DNA of 64,000 bases from an uncultured Lachnospiraceae bacterium (GCA_910588885.1 CAJUSQ010000002.1:1350-65349); one strand, 5' to 3'. Shown: positions 28,635 through 38,630, numbered from the stretch's first letter. Program-made: numbers and translations. Notes: generated by a model from the letters alone, not told the origin.

Positions 28635-31600
28635 CTATCCTGCTTGTTTTACTGTTTCTATAAATGCTTTTGCCATTGCATATAAATCCCTGGTCTGAAC
28701 CTGGTAATCCTCTCCCGACTGTTTGGGATCGGGCTGGTTTTTCCTGCCCTTTGTAAAATCGGAAAGGGAAAGGTTCTGCTGCAAAGAATACTCCATCTGC
28801 GTATGTTTATCCGCATTTCCCGCACTTTCTCCGAAAAGCTGCTCTTCCCTTTGCTTCAGCATTTCCAGCGTATCCGCCCGGTCGGAAGAAACAAACCCTT
28901 CCAGCCGCTGTTCCGTTACCGTAAACCGCGCCGCAACTTTTCCCAGCTTTTCCGTTTCAAACAGCACATCCACCATACCCCGGGTCTTTTTCCCCCGGAC
29001 AATTTTCAGCTGTACATTCGTCATCTCGTCGGCAATCAATACCGGGACCGCATAATTTTCTTCCCGGCTCATGGCGCCTCCCAGCTGAATCTGGGTCCGC
29101 AGCACCCTAAGATCCCGCACGGACTGGCTTGTCGCATCCTTATCATTGATCATGGTTTCCATGACCCGCTCCGCCGTTTCCGCCAATGCCATCTGGGCCT
29201 TGGCCATATCCTCCGGAGTCTTCACCGCTTCCGCAAATTCCTCCAGCAGCGTTTCCTTGGCCTCCTGCAAATCCGGATTTTTCTCCATCCATTCCTTGTC
29301 AAACAGCTTGTTATACACGCTGTTCCGATTGCTTACCATCTGGCCTGCCGCCAGGATATGCCAAGTATCAAAGGGAAGCTGATAATCATCCAGAAGCTGC
29401 AGCACCGCATCCTCCGCTTTCTGTCCTTCCCCAAGCCAGACCGACTGCTGCTGATAGTAGCGTTCTTCCTGCCCCGGCGTCTCTTCGCTTCTTCGCTCCT
29501 TAATCAGCTGCTCTAAAAGCTGCTCCGGCGTCAATTCCTGCCATTCCCCACTGGCTACGCTTTCGGCAATTCCTTCCGGAGTAAGGCGGGAAAGAGCATC
29601 TTTCGCACAATCGGTCTGGTAAGCCGCTTCCACCTGCTGGTGAATGGCCGCTTCTTTGCGGTTTACTTCTTCTGCGGCGCCAAACCGGCCGTCTATCGTA
29701 ACATCCATGCCCTTTTTCTGCCTGCTGCGGACAGCTCCAAGCAGATTCTTCAGGGAAAGCTCCCCTCCCTGATTTAGAACCGCACCGATTGCGGCTCCGT
29801 CCGTTTTTTCAATCTGGCGCAGTAACCGGTAAATGCCGATATAGCTCTCTTTTTCCTCCGGTGTAATCTCTTTATTTTGTTCTAATGTCCATAAATATTT
29901 GCTGTATTTTTCTTCCTGTCCGGGATCCAGCCGCCCGGCAATCTCTTCCGCTTTCCGGCTTAAGGTCTCAATGTCCGTCTGCAGCGGATGAATCCCTTCC
30001 CGGATCATTTCCAAAACCACCGCCGGCTTCATGTCTTCAAACAAGTTCTGCACCTTTTCATCCGCAGCTTTGATCCGGCTGATGTTTTCCGCATTGATTT
30101 CCATCTCATTATAAGCCAGAATACGAACGGCCCGCTGGTTTGCCCGGGTGGGTTCCAGCTGAAGGTCACGCAGGATGTCATCCACGTTTCGGAACGCCTT
30201 TTTCATGGAATCCCCAAGATCGGACCGGGGCTTTGTCATCATCGTATCATAGGCTTCACTGGCCTGTTCCAGGGCCGCCTGCATACTTCTGCCGCTTTCA
30301 CAAAGTCCCTCTACGGTAGCCGAATCCAGGCTGTGCCGTCCCAGCAAATAAGCCGGATATTCCTTTAAGGCCGCGATCTGCTCTGTCGTATTCCGGAACA
30401 ATGCGGTATTCTCCGGCGTAGGCTCGATTCCACGTCCCGTCAACATCGTCTTATAGTAATCATTTTCCAAAGACTTTAACTCTTCTACCAGCTGTTCCAG
30501 CTCCAAGGTTTCGATGGAAATTCCCTTCTTCAGCAGCTGGTAATTTGCCTGGACCGTCATCATTAAGCGGATCTCTTCCAGCTGGCGTTTTGCCGTCAGA
30601 AGCTTGCCGTCCTGGCTCTCCCCGGCGGCCTGCTGTCCGGCCCTTTGGCCTTTCCCTGTCTGCCGGGAGGCTTCCTGCTCCGCCTCGGCAAGGGCTTCTA
30701 TCGTAATTTCTTTCCCGGCATCCGCCGCCGCTTCTACTGTCTTTTCATCGGCTTCTGCCACAACCTGCCAGGCTGCTTCCGCCCGTTCCTCATAGCTATA
30801 GCCTTCCAGCATATAGGCTTCCTTCGGCGCCTTCCCTTCCGAAACCGCCCTGGAAACCGCCTGGGTTACCGCCTCCCCGGACAGGGGAAGCTGCGCATTC
30901 TTTAACCGGTCTACATAGACGAGGTTCTCAGGGGTCAGGGGAAGCTGATTCTCAAAGAGCAGCTCCCCATAGCCGAACGTGGTCTCATTGACCGGAAGTC
31001 CGGCCTGCTCAATCATCTGTTCTATTTGTCTGCGGAGGTTCGCATCCTCCGGCAGAGGCTGGCCCTTACCGCTTTTGCTGCTTCCGCTGTGCTGGGCCCA
31101 ATATAAGTTCTCAATGGTAGGCTCCAGTTCATTTTCCACCAGATATGCAATATCCCCGTCCTGGCATTCCTTTAAATCCGCCGCCATCCGGCTGGCCTGA
31201 ACCGCATTCCCGGTCATGGCTTCCAGCTGCTCCATGGACAGGCTGTCCCCGAAAGCGCTGATATCCTTCCCGGCCTTTGCCAGCTCCATCTTGATCTTGT
31301 CCATGACGGTCACAATCGTCCCTGCATCCGTATCATTCAGGGAATAGCCTTCCTTGGACAAATTTCTGATATCTTCGCTGGAAAGGGAGCCTGCCAGCAC
31401 TGCCATCTGGGTCTTGATGAGTTCAAAATCAATATTCCCCGCATCCCTTTTTATCTTTTCCAGCTCTGATTCCAATGAAAAAAGAGCCTTCTCTACTGTG
31501 GTGGAGGCCACTCCATGTCCGCCGCAGGCGGACTGGTCTTCCCACCCTACAGAAATCCCTTTCTGTCCGGTGTTTCCCGCTTTTACAGTATCAGACCCTT

Positions 31601-31661
31601 TTGCTTCTATGGACGTATTCACGTTCCTGATTTCATTGATTCCGGTATTCTCTATCCGCAT
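28635..31661 (-). CDS. 1008-aa hypothetical protein, possible FliK-like C-terminal domain
   Basis: Long helical Glu/Ala/Leu-rich protein. The segment VDVLFETEKLGKVAARFTVTEQRLEGFVSSDRADTLEMLKQREEQL resembles the Flg_hook domain of hook-length control proteins. The stop is 13 nt before the flagellin ATG. Confidence 0.5.
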   Translation of the reverse strand: MRIENTGINEIRNVNTSIEAKGSDTVKAGNTGQKGISVGWEDQSACGGHGVASTTVEKALFSLESELEKIKRDAGNIDFELIKTQMAVLAGSLSSEDIRNLSKEGYSLNDTDAGTIVTVMDKIKMELAKAGKDISAFGDSLSMEQLEAMTGNAVQASRMAADLKECQDGDIAYLVENELEPTIENLYWAQHSGSSKSGKGQPLPEDANLRRQIEQMIEQAGLPVNETTFGYGELLFENQLPLTPENLVYVDRLKNAQLPLSGEAVTQAVSRAVSEGKAPKEAYMLEGYSYEERAEAAWQVVAEADEKTVEAAADAGKEITIEALAEAEQEASRQTGKGQRAGQQAAGESQDGKLLTAKRQLEEIRLMMTVQANYQLLKKGISIETLELEQLVEELKSLENDYYKTMLTGRGIEPTPENTALFRNTTEQIAALKEYPAYLLGRHSLDSATVEGLCESGRSMQAALEQASEAYDTMMTKPRSDLGDSMKKAFRNVDDILRDLQLEPTRANQRAVRILAYNEMEINAENISRIKAADEKVQNLFEDMKPAVVLEMIREGIHPLQTDIETLSRKAEEIAGRLDPGQEEKYSKYLWTLEQNKEITPEEKESYIGIYRLLRQIEKTDGAAIGAVLNQGGELSLKNLLGAVRSRQKKGMDVTIDGRFGAAEEVNRKEAAIHQQVEAAYQTDCAKDALSRLTPEGIAESVASGEWQELTPEQLLEQLIKERRSEETPGQEERYYQQQSVWLGEGQKAEDAVLQLLDDYQLPFDTWHILAAGQMVSNRNSVYNKLFDKEWMEKNPDLQEAKETLLEEFAEAVKTPEDMAKAQMALAETAERVMETMINDKDATSQSVRDLRVLRTQIQLGGAMSREENYAVPVLIADEMTNVQLKIVRGKKTRGMVDVLFETEKLGKVAARFTVTEQRLEGFVSSDRADTLEMLKQREEQLFGESAGNADKHTQMEYSLQQNLSLSDFTKGRKNQPDPKQSGEDYQVQTRDLYAMAKAFIETVKQAG

Positions 31662-31750
31662 ATCAGTACCCCGTTTTCATTCTTCCGAAACAATTATTAT
31701 TCCGGGCAGCCGCAAACCATCCTCATTTGCGGCCGGCCCTTTGGCAAGTC

Positions 31751-31758
31751 TTATCGGC
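31751..31758 (-). promoter_or_regulatory. sigma-28 (FliA/SigD)-like -10 element GCCGATAA
   Basis: Minus-strand GCCGATAA about 90 nt upstream of ATG 31661. The upstream TAAG lies at non-canonical spacing (12 instead of 15 nt). Confidence 0.3.
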
Positions 31759-31852
31759 TGTCCTGCAATCCTTATCTGCGGCAGCTCTTTCGGCAAGTTT
31801 GTTTGACTGCCATATATCTGCATTTACTATTTCGGAAGAATAACGTCAAAAC

Positions 31853-34387
31853 TTAAGGGGCACTGGGATATTCATCCTTCAGATAGGTGATAAATACATT
31901 CCCCCCTGCGGAAAATGCCTCTTCGCCGTCCGTAAGGCCCTTCCGGTAGGTAGTATTCGTAATGGGGTCATATAGGATTACGTTATGCTCGTCATAGCCG
32001 GCCACCAACAGGGGCTCCCGGTTCTCTCCCAGGGCAAATACCAGGTTTCCCTGCCCCACATAATACAGTACCTGAGATAAGGTACATCCGGTCAAATCCA
32101 GAATTTGAGCATAGGGCATAGCCTCCTGCAGAATCCGTCCCGGCGCTTCCCCGGCATTCATCAACCCTCCCACATCAAAAAGGCTGATATTTTCCGCTTT
32201 CAAAAGCCCCAACAGGCAACGTGTTGTCATATCCATGGTACTGTCCACTTCCTCCTGGCTCAACACTACTTTATTAGCCATGGTAATACTGCTCGGCCTG
32301 CCTCTCCTCCAAAGATACCGGTAATCCTCCTGAATCACCACCCCGGCACATTCATCGGCCGCACGTACGGCTTCCGCCGCATCCCAGGTACAGGAAACCA
32401 CTCTTCCCGCCCCATAAATTACAAGGCGCCCCGGAGTCGGATTGCTCTTTAAGGCCACCAGCTTCTCCTGCTCCGGCACGATCTCCTGGGGAGTCAGAAT
32501 CTGGGGAGACTTTGCGACAAACTCCTGTTCGGTCACAAGCTTTACCTGCGTCTGCTTCTGTTCCGTCACAATGGTCCCTACCTGAATATTCCGGGAAGCT
32601 TCCAGTTCATGGCTCATAATGGCGTCCCCTTCCACCGCCACATATGCATCATTGCTCTGTATCGCCCGTTCCAAAAGCACCGTAGAAGCCTCCACCCAGG
32701 CATCGGTAATAAAGTAGCCGGCTTTTTCATACTCCTTCACCACCTGCTGCTCCTTATCCACAATTATTACCCGATACATCGGATGGTTCCTTCCGGCCCC
32801 TCCTTCCGCTTGTCTGGAAATCCCGTAGACAAAATCGCTTTCCACAAATCCGATGGGCCAAAGCCATTCCGTTTCCGCCCCTTCCATCTGCCATTGGCGT
32901 TCATTGTCCAGATCCGTCACGGTAAGGCAGTTTTTTTCCGTTTCATCCTGCCAGGCTACGTATCGGCCGTCCGAAGATGCCACAAAATTCCCTTCTGCAA
33001 GGCCCTCGCAAAGCACCTGGCTCTTTCCGTCCTCCAACCGGATTTTATAGAGCTTATCTTCTGTCAGCATGTAAAAAAATCCCTCGTCGCTGACATAAAA
33101 AAGCTTCCCCCAGGTTTCCTTCATCAGCTGATAGGGCTGGTCGGACTGTACGAACAGCTCCTCCTGAATGGTGTTGGCAATGCTGTCATAATGGTACACC
33201 CCGATACCGGTATAACCTTCATGGGTTCCCCGGTTCATATAACCGTAAACGGCAAAATCAATGCTTCCGGTTTCACTGACCCGCATGATGCGGATCGCAT
33301 GGTTTGGGTTGTTTTCCCGATCATTGATGCCTTCAATCCCCCGGAAGCTGAACACTAGGGAAAGCTGGTTGGTTACGCTGTTATAGCTCCAAAGATCTCC
33401 TTCCTGTACGAAGCTTATGATCGTCCCGCTCTCGTTGACCGCATAATCTACAGTCTGGTCCCGGATTCCCAGCAAAATAGCATTTTCCGACATATGGGGG
33501 CCGCTTCCCCGGAAAATCTCATTCATGGTCCTTTCATAATCCAGCAAATACATGCGGTCATTGACTGCGCTGTAGCGTACCCGGTAATATTCCTCCACAT
33601 TATAGAACTCCTGTTCTCCGTTTTCCCCGTTGGAAGCCATGACATAGTTCAGCTTTACGGTATTATAGGAGCTGCTGATTTCCCACAGGGAAGGAACCGG
33701 GTCTTTTAAAACAGTTCCTTCAAAAGAACCCCAGGCAATCTGATTCAGGCTGGAATGGATCGTTACCTTCTGCAGAGTGCTGTTATCCCCTTCCGCATTG
33801 GGCTCCAAATATAGGGCAAGCTGGGCCGCTTCCGCCAGGTCAAAAGTTTTTTCATGAAAATTCAATGCAAACTGGATCGTATCGTCCACCCTGCAGTTTT
33901 CAGCCCGTATGATCCTGGTATAATAACGAATTTCCTCATCCTCGCATTTTAACGTAATCATCAGCCGGTATTCCTGTTCTTCCTCCAACAGGTTCTGAAT
34001 CCGAAGCTGAGCCGTAATTACCCCTTCCGTCTGGTTGAATTCCTCCACCTTGGTGTTCTCCAACAGCCGGGTGGTATCCATCGTCCGCACCTCATAGGAA
34101 ATTTCCTCCACCGTGGACTGGAAGGTCTGGATCGTTACCGGAAGCACCATATCTGCAGACAGGGGCGTGATCGTATCACGGATGCTCAAAGGATCCATTT
34201 CCCCCTTACATCCGAAAAGCTCGTTTATATAGGTATTGCCCTTCTGAAGGTAAATGACCGGAAGGGTTGCCTCCGGCATTTCCGAGGTCAAGTCCACATT
34301 GTCCGTATCCGTCAGCAGGCTCAGTCCCGTTAAAGAGCCGCAGAAAATCAACAGCAGCACTACGAATTTTATAATTTTTTTATGCAT
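31853..34387 (-). CDS. 844-aa secreted/membrane-anchored hypothetical protein
   Basis: N-terminal signal anchor (FVVLLLIFCGSLTGL). The central region has beta-propeller-like repeats. No catalytic motif recognised. Confidence 0.55.
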   Translation of the reverse strand: MHKKIIKFVVLLLIFCGSLTGLSLLTDTDNVDLTSEMPEATLPVIYLQKGNTYINELFGCKGEMDPLSIRDTITPLSADMVLPVTIQTFQSTVEEISYEVRTMDTTRLLENTKVEEFNQTEGVITAQLRIQNLLEEEQEYRLMITLKCEDEEIRYYTRIIRAENCRVDDTIQFALNFHEKTFDLAEAAQLALYLEPNAEGDNSTLQKVTIHSSLNQIAWGSFEGTVLKDPVPSLWEISSSYNTVKLNYVMASNGENGEQEFYNVEEYYRVRYSAVNDRMYLLDYERTMNEIFRGSGPHMSENAILLGIRDQTVDYAVNESGTIISFVQEGDLWSYNSVTNQLSLVFSFRGIEGINDRENNPNHAIRIMRVSETGSIDFAVYGYMNRGTHEGYTGIGVYHYDSIANTIQEELFVQSDQPYQLMKETWGKLFYVSDEGFFYMLTEDKLYKIRLEDGKSQVLCEGLAEGNFVASSDGRYVAWQDETEKNCLTVTDLDNERQWQMEGAETEWLWPIGFVESDFVYGISRQAEGGAGRNHPMYRVIIVDKEQQVVKEYEKAGYFITDAWVEASTVLLERAIQSNDAYVAVEGDAIMSHELEASRNIQVGTIVTEQKQTQVKLVTEQEFVAKSPQILTPQEIVPEQEKLVALKSNPTPGRLVIYGAGRVVSCTWDAAEAVRAADECAGVVIQEDYRYLWRRGRPSSITMANKVVLSQEEVDSTMDMTTRCLLGLLKAENISLFDVGGLMNAGEAPGRILQEAMPYAQILDLTGCTLSQVLYYVGQGNLVFALGENREPLLVAGYDEHNVILYDPITNTTYRKGLTDGEEAFSAGGNVFITYLKDEYPSAP

Positions 34388-35534
34388 TCACGTCTGTCCT
34401 TTCCTCCTGCAGTCTTGCCAGTGTCGGGTTTACATGAAGAAATTCCGCCAGCCGGCGATAATGTTCCGGTTTTTGCTCTCTTTTCCCTTTTACGGCACGG
34501 ATCAGGATATTCTTTGGGGTATGCTCCATATCAATAAACTCCAATACCTGAACGTCGTAGCCTCTGCTTTCCAGTATTTCCGCCCGCAGCCCGTCGGTAA
34601 TCAGGGCCGCCATCCGTTCCTTTAAAAGCCCGTACTTCAGAACCGGAGCCAGCAGCTCATTTTGAATCTGGCCATTTAGCTCATGCTGGCAGCAGGGCAC
34701 CGATAAAATCACCTTTGCTCCCCAGCAAACGGCCTGATTCAGCGCATAATCCGTAGCGGTATCACAGGCATGAAGGGTAACAACCATATCCACCGGCCCT
34801 TCGGCAGAATATCCGGCAATGTCCCCCACTGCAAAATGAAGCCCCTCGAACCCATATTTTTCCGCCAAACCACTGCACTTCTCAATGACGTCCTCCTTTA
34901 AGTCCAACCCGGTAATCCGAACCTGGTAACCCTTCTGTACCTTTAAATAATGGTACATGGCAAAGGTCAGATAGGACTTCCCGCAGCCGAAATCCAGGAT
35001 ATTCACCTCCCGTTCCCTGGGAAGCTTCGGAAGGATATCCTCGATAAATTCCAGAAAACGGTTGATCTGACGGAATTTATCATATCGGGCGTTTACGATC
35101 TTCCCTTCCGGGGTCTGTACGCCCAGATCCACCAAAAATCCAATGGGCCGCTCCGTATCCAAAAGATACCGTTTCTTTCTATTATGGGACAAATCCCTCT
35201 GTTTTACACAGCCCGTCCCCTTCTTTTCCTTGATGGTGACCTGCCCCTTCTTGCTGACCAATACATGAGCCTGTCCGCATACAGCGGACACTTCCAGCTG
35301 CCGGTACTCCTGCATCCATGCTGCGGTTTGGGATATGGCCATGGTACGTTCCAAATTCTGATGATATACCTTATTATCCTTATAAATACTGGCCTGAAAC
35401 AAAATCCCGCCCCTTTGCTCCACCGGGCGGATCTGGATTTTCCGGGCCGCTTCCTTGCTGCGGGGGTTGCTTAAGATGGCCTGTAAAAGGTCTTTCGTGA
35501 AATATTTATCAAAAAGCGCTGTTATCTCATCCAT
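34380..35534 (-). CDS. class I SAM-dependent methyltransferase
   Basis: Motif I ILDFGCGKSYL. 8-nt overlap with the downstream 844-aa gene. Confidence 0.8.
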   Translation of the reverse strand: MDEITALFDKYFTKDLLQAILSNPRSKEAARKIQIRPVEQRGGILFQASIYKDNKVYHQNLERTMAISQTAAWMQEYRQLEVSAVCGQAHVLVSKKGQVTIKEKKGTGCVKQRDLSHNRKKRYLLDTERPIGFLVDLGVQTPEGKIVNARYDKFRQINRFLEFIEDILPKLPREREVNILDFGCGKSYLTFAMYHYLKVQKGYQVRITGLDLKEDVIEKCSGLAEKYGFEGLHFAVGDIAGYSAEGPVDMVVTLHACDTATDYALNQAVCWGAKVILSVPCCQHELNGQIQNELLAPVLKYGLLKERMAALITDGLRAEILESRGYDVQVLEFIDMEHTPKNILIRAVKGKREQKPEHYRRLAEFLHVNPTLARLQEERTDVNA

Positions 35535-35617
35535 TCATTTCTCCTTGAAGAACTGCTTCCATTCGTTACCCTTACGATTATACCCATTTTTCCTGCCCCT
35601 GTCCACATAAAAAATCC

Positions 35618-35646
35618 TTGACATCGCCCGGGAAATCGGCTATGAT
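35618..35646 (+). promoter_or_regulatory. sigma-A promoter of degV
   Basis: TTGACA-17 nt-TATGAT, 70 nt upstream of ATG 35717. Confidence 0.55.
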
Positions 35647-35716
35647 ACATGTAATTTGTATTTATTTTGATTTTCAAACTATTTGGCCTTAAAACCTCAA
35701 AGAAAGGGAATGAATT

Positions 35717-36553
35717 ATGATAAAAATAGCCGTGGACTCTTCTTCCGATTATACACAGGAAGACATTCGGGAAAAAAACCTGTGCCTGATCCCGATTACC
35801 ATTACCCTGGGAAATGAAAATTATATTGAGGGCGTGAATCTGGACCGAAACGATTTTTACCGCCTTCTGGAGAAAAGCAGTAAGTTCCCCCATACCTCCC
35901 AGCCTTCTCCCCAAGCCTTTTTGGAGCTTTTCCAAAGCGCCAAGGACGACGGGGATTCCGTCATCTGCATTCTTTTGTCCTCGAATCTAAGCGGCACCTG
36001 CCAAAGCGCCCATTTAGCCAAAAGCATGGTGGATTATGAAAATATCTATATCATTGATTCCCTTTCCGCTACCTTTACCATTAAAATTATGGCCGATTAT
36101 GCCTGCCGGCTGGTATCGGAGGGGCTTTCGGCTCAGGAAATCACCGCCAAAATCGGAGAGCTAAAATCCCGGGTCAAGGTAATCGCCGCACTGGATACTC
36201 TGGAATACCTCTATAAGGGCGGGCGGCTTAGCCGGGCATCGGCAGCCATCGGGACCATGGCCAATGTAAAACCCATTATCACCCTGACCAAGGAGGGTGG
36301 GATTGGCGTTCTGGGAAAGGCTCTTGGCAAAGGCAAAGCCATGGCCGGAATCTTAAACCGTTTCAAAGAGATGGGAAGGGACGAGAACTTCCCCCTTTAC
36401 GCCATCTACAGCTACGGTGTTGAAAACTGTGAAAAGCTGGAACATAAGCTGTCGGAAAACGGTTTTTCCCCGGACAGCCGACTGCAGATCGGCCCCACCA
36501 TCGGAACCCATATCGGCCCCGGAGCATACGGAATCGTATTTGTGGCAGGCTAA
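35717..36553 (+). CDS. DegV-family fatty-acid-binding protein
   Basis: 278 aa. IKIAVDSSSD start and TSQPSP motif. Confidence 0.9.
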   Translation: MIKIAVDSSSDYTQEDIREKNLCLIPITITLGNENYIEGVNLDRNDFYRLLEKSSKFPHTSQPSPQAFLELFQSAKDDGDSVICILLSSNLSGTCQSAHLAKSMVDYENIYIIDSLSATFTIKIMADYACRLVSEGLSAQEITAKIGELKSRVKVIAALDTLEYLYKGGRLSRASAAIGTMANVKPIITLTKEGGIGVLGKALGKGKAMAGILNRFKEMGRDENFPLYAIYSYGVENCEKLEHKLSENGFSPDSRLQIGPTIGTHIGPGAYGIVFVAG

Positions 36554-36589
36554 AAGGTACATCCGCATATCACCAGGTGTTTCCTATAT

Positions 36590-36630
36590 AAAAGACGGGC
36601 AGAAGACACATCCTTCTGTCCGTCTTTTTG
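36590..36630. terminator. bidirectional intrinsic terminator
   Basis: gacgggcagaag-N7-cttctgtccgtc (12 bp) flanked by AAAA and TTTTT. Confidence 0.65.
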
Positions 36631-36696
36631 TGATTGCAGCCATCCGCATCCACTTATTTTCGGTATCCCCTTTCCATCATCCACTCCGGCCCGAAA

Positions 36697-37317
36697 TTAC
36701 CACCAGCGCTTACATCTTCTATGGCGGCATCTGCGGTTATACATCTCGTTATAGAGCATGACTTCAATCAGGTTTCGAAGTCCCGAATCGTGTCTTGGGG
36801 GTCTGGGCGGCCCGGGCGGTGGCCCAAAGGGCGGCCTTGGAGGACCTGGAGGGCCGGGCGGCGGGCCAAAGGGCGGCCTTCCCGAACCTACCAGCCGCAG
36901 TTCCTCAGATTCAACCGTTTCATACTGCTCCGCTTCGAAATCTATAGGCTGGGCCGTCTTCTGATAAATACGATCTACAATATTTTTCAGCATCAGCCGA
37001 TCCGGATACTCATCAAACATCATGCTTCCTTCGTATTCCATCTTATCGCATTCCTCGTCCACGAAATCCTGAATGCCCCGGACTTCCTGAGGATATAACC
37101 CCTTCAGCCGGTCCATATCACGCTCATACTCCGCTTCCTCCAGGAAGATATTTTGCATGGGGTAGGTCATATAAAAAGGCATTTTCTGGGAAGCGCCGCT
37201 TGTCATTCTGTAAAATTCATCCTGTTTATAGTCCAATGATATTCTCCCAATCCTGACTTCACTATAGTATATGCCTATTTTCTTTTTCTGGTGCTTCCGA
37301 TTCTGTTTTTCACTCAT
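36697..37317 (-). CDS. proline-rich hypothetical protein
   Basis: 206 aa. Duplicated RPPFGPPPGPP block and a basic Cys-containing C-terminus (NRRCRHRRCKRWW). 8-nt overlap with the patatin gene stop. Confidence 0.55.
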   Translation of the reverse strand: MSEKQNRKHQKKKIGIYYSEVRIGRISLDYKQDEFYRMTSGASQKMPFYMTYPMQNIFLEEAEYERDMDRLKGLYPQEVRGIQDFVDEECDKMEYEGSMMFDEYPDRLMLKNIVDRIYQKTAQPIDFEAEQYETVESEELRLVGSGRPPFGPPPGPPGPPRPPFGPPPGPPRPPRHDSGLRNLIEVMLYNEMYNRRCRHRRCKRWW

Positions 37318-38604
37318 CCACCGTCAGTAAAAACAGCGCGGCTGCCAGTTCATAGGGTACAAATGTCAAAAGCCCAAGCTGTTCCGTCAAATCAATCTTT
37401 CCCTTCCGGTAGGCATGGTAAATACAGCCCGTAATATATCTGCTGTCCTTTTTCCGCTTCAGTTCCGCAAGTCCGGCTGCCAGCTCCATGGACCCTTTCC
37501 CGCTAAAAAGACCAAGTCCGGCCTGCTCCTCCGGCAACATCCTGTGAAACAGATGCTCTGTAAATTCCGACAAATACCAGGGCTCTTCCTTTGGAATTTC
37601 AAATATTTCCCCGCAGATTTCCGCTGCGCCTACAAAATAATCCTGCTTTGTATAAGTATGTTTTCCGATGTGCTCCTCAATATTTCCACACAGCTTCCGG
37701 CTGTCCCCGGGCTTTACAAGCTTGCTGAAGGTTCCCTCCGTCAAATAGGACTCCGTACGGGCCACCCGGCTGACAAAGGCGCAGATCTCCTCCTGATACT
37801 GATCCAGGTCTTCCTGATAAAAGCAGTACTCATAACCATCCATCCGTCCAAAAGCCTTCAGCGTATCGTAATAGCCCAACCTACGGTTAAACTCCAGCAC
37901 TTCCCGATCGAAGTTCAGCATGGTTCCCAAGGACTTGCTGGGGGTAATATATTTTACATAGGGCTTATTCACATAGCCCGGATGCTGGGGTGTCGTGTGC
38001 AGATCCACTGCGATCACCTCATCCGCCCCCATTTTTAACGCTAAATCAATGGGCAGATTATCATAATAGCACCCGTCCAGATATAGGTCGTTCCCAATCT
38101 TATGCATGGGAAATACCGGAAAAATAGAAGAGGATGCCATGATAAAATCTTTTAGCATTCCATAGGGAATTTCCTCTTTGGACAGCTCCATCGCCTTCAG
38201 AGAGAAAAACTGTACCGTCACAAGCACGTAATCCACATCGGAGGCCCATACCTTGTCCTCATCGATCAATCGGTCAATAAAGGACAGAAAGGGCGAGATA
38301 TCGGCCCCCTTGTTTTTGACATATTTTTTAAAAACGGTCCAATGGCATCCCTCTGATTATACATTCCCTCAATAGTCGTACTCAGGTTCAGCCCGTCCGA
38401 CATGATATCGCCTATCTCTATGGTATCCCAAATTTCACAGGCCCTTTCATACTCCCTGGTTGCCATCAGCGCCCCGTTCACTGCTCCAATGGAGGTTCCG
38501 GTTACGATCTGATAGTCGATCCCCAGCTCCAGCAGCGCTTTCCAGACTCCCGCCTCATAAGCGCCCTTCGTTCCTCCGCCGCCTAATGCAATTGCCCTCT
38601 GCAA
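37310..38604 (-). pseudogene. patatin-like phospholipase, full length but split by a 1-nt homopolymer frameshift (copy 1)
   Basis: GGGGTKG oxyanion motif, GTSIGA nucleophile elbow and LDGCYYDN Asp dyad. The two ORFs (38266..38703 and 37310..38269) join if one T or A is added in T5A6 at 38324-38334. TTG start at 38604 after GGGGGGAG. Confidence 0.8.
37701..38604. repeat. direct repeat copy A (partner at 38967..39870, offset 1266 bp)
   Basis: By-eye alignment: 37737-38468 is identical (732 bp). There are 4 mismatches in 37701-37736 and 11 mismatches in 38469-38604. Confidence 0.9.
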
Positions 38605-38630
38605 TCCCGCTCCCCCCTGTTCCTTCCGGC

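Noticed and set aside
28622-29100. A dedicated sigma-28 or sigma-A promoter for flagellin inside the 3' end of the 1008-aa ORF.
   Set aside because: No GCCGATA-like -10 element and no convincing TTGACA/TATAAT pair was seen. The nearest partial match, GCCGACGA at ~29030, lacks a -35 element. It cannot be excluded without TSS data.
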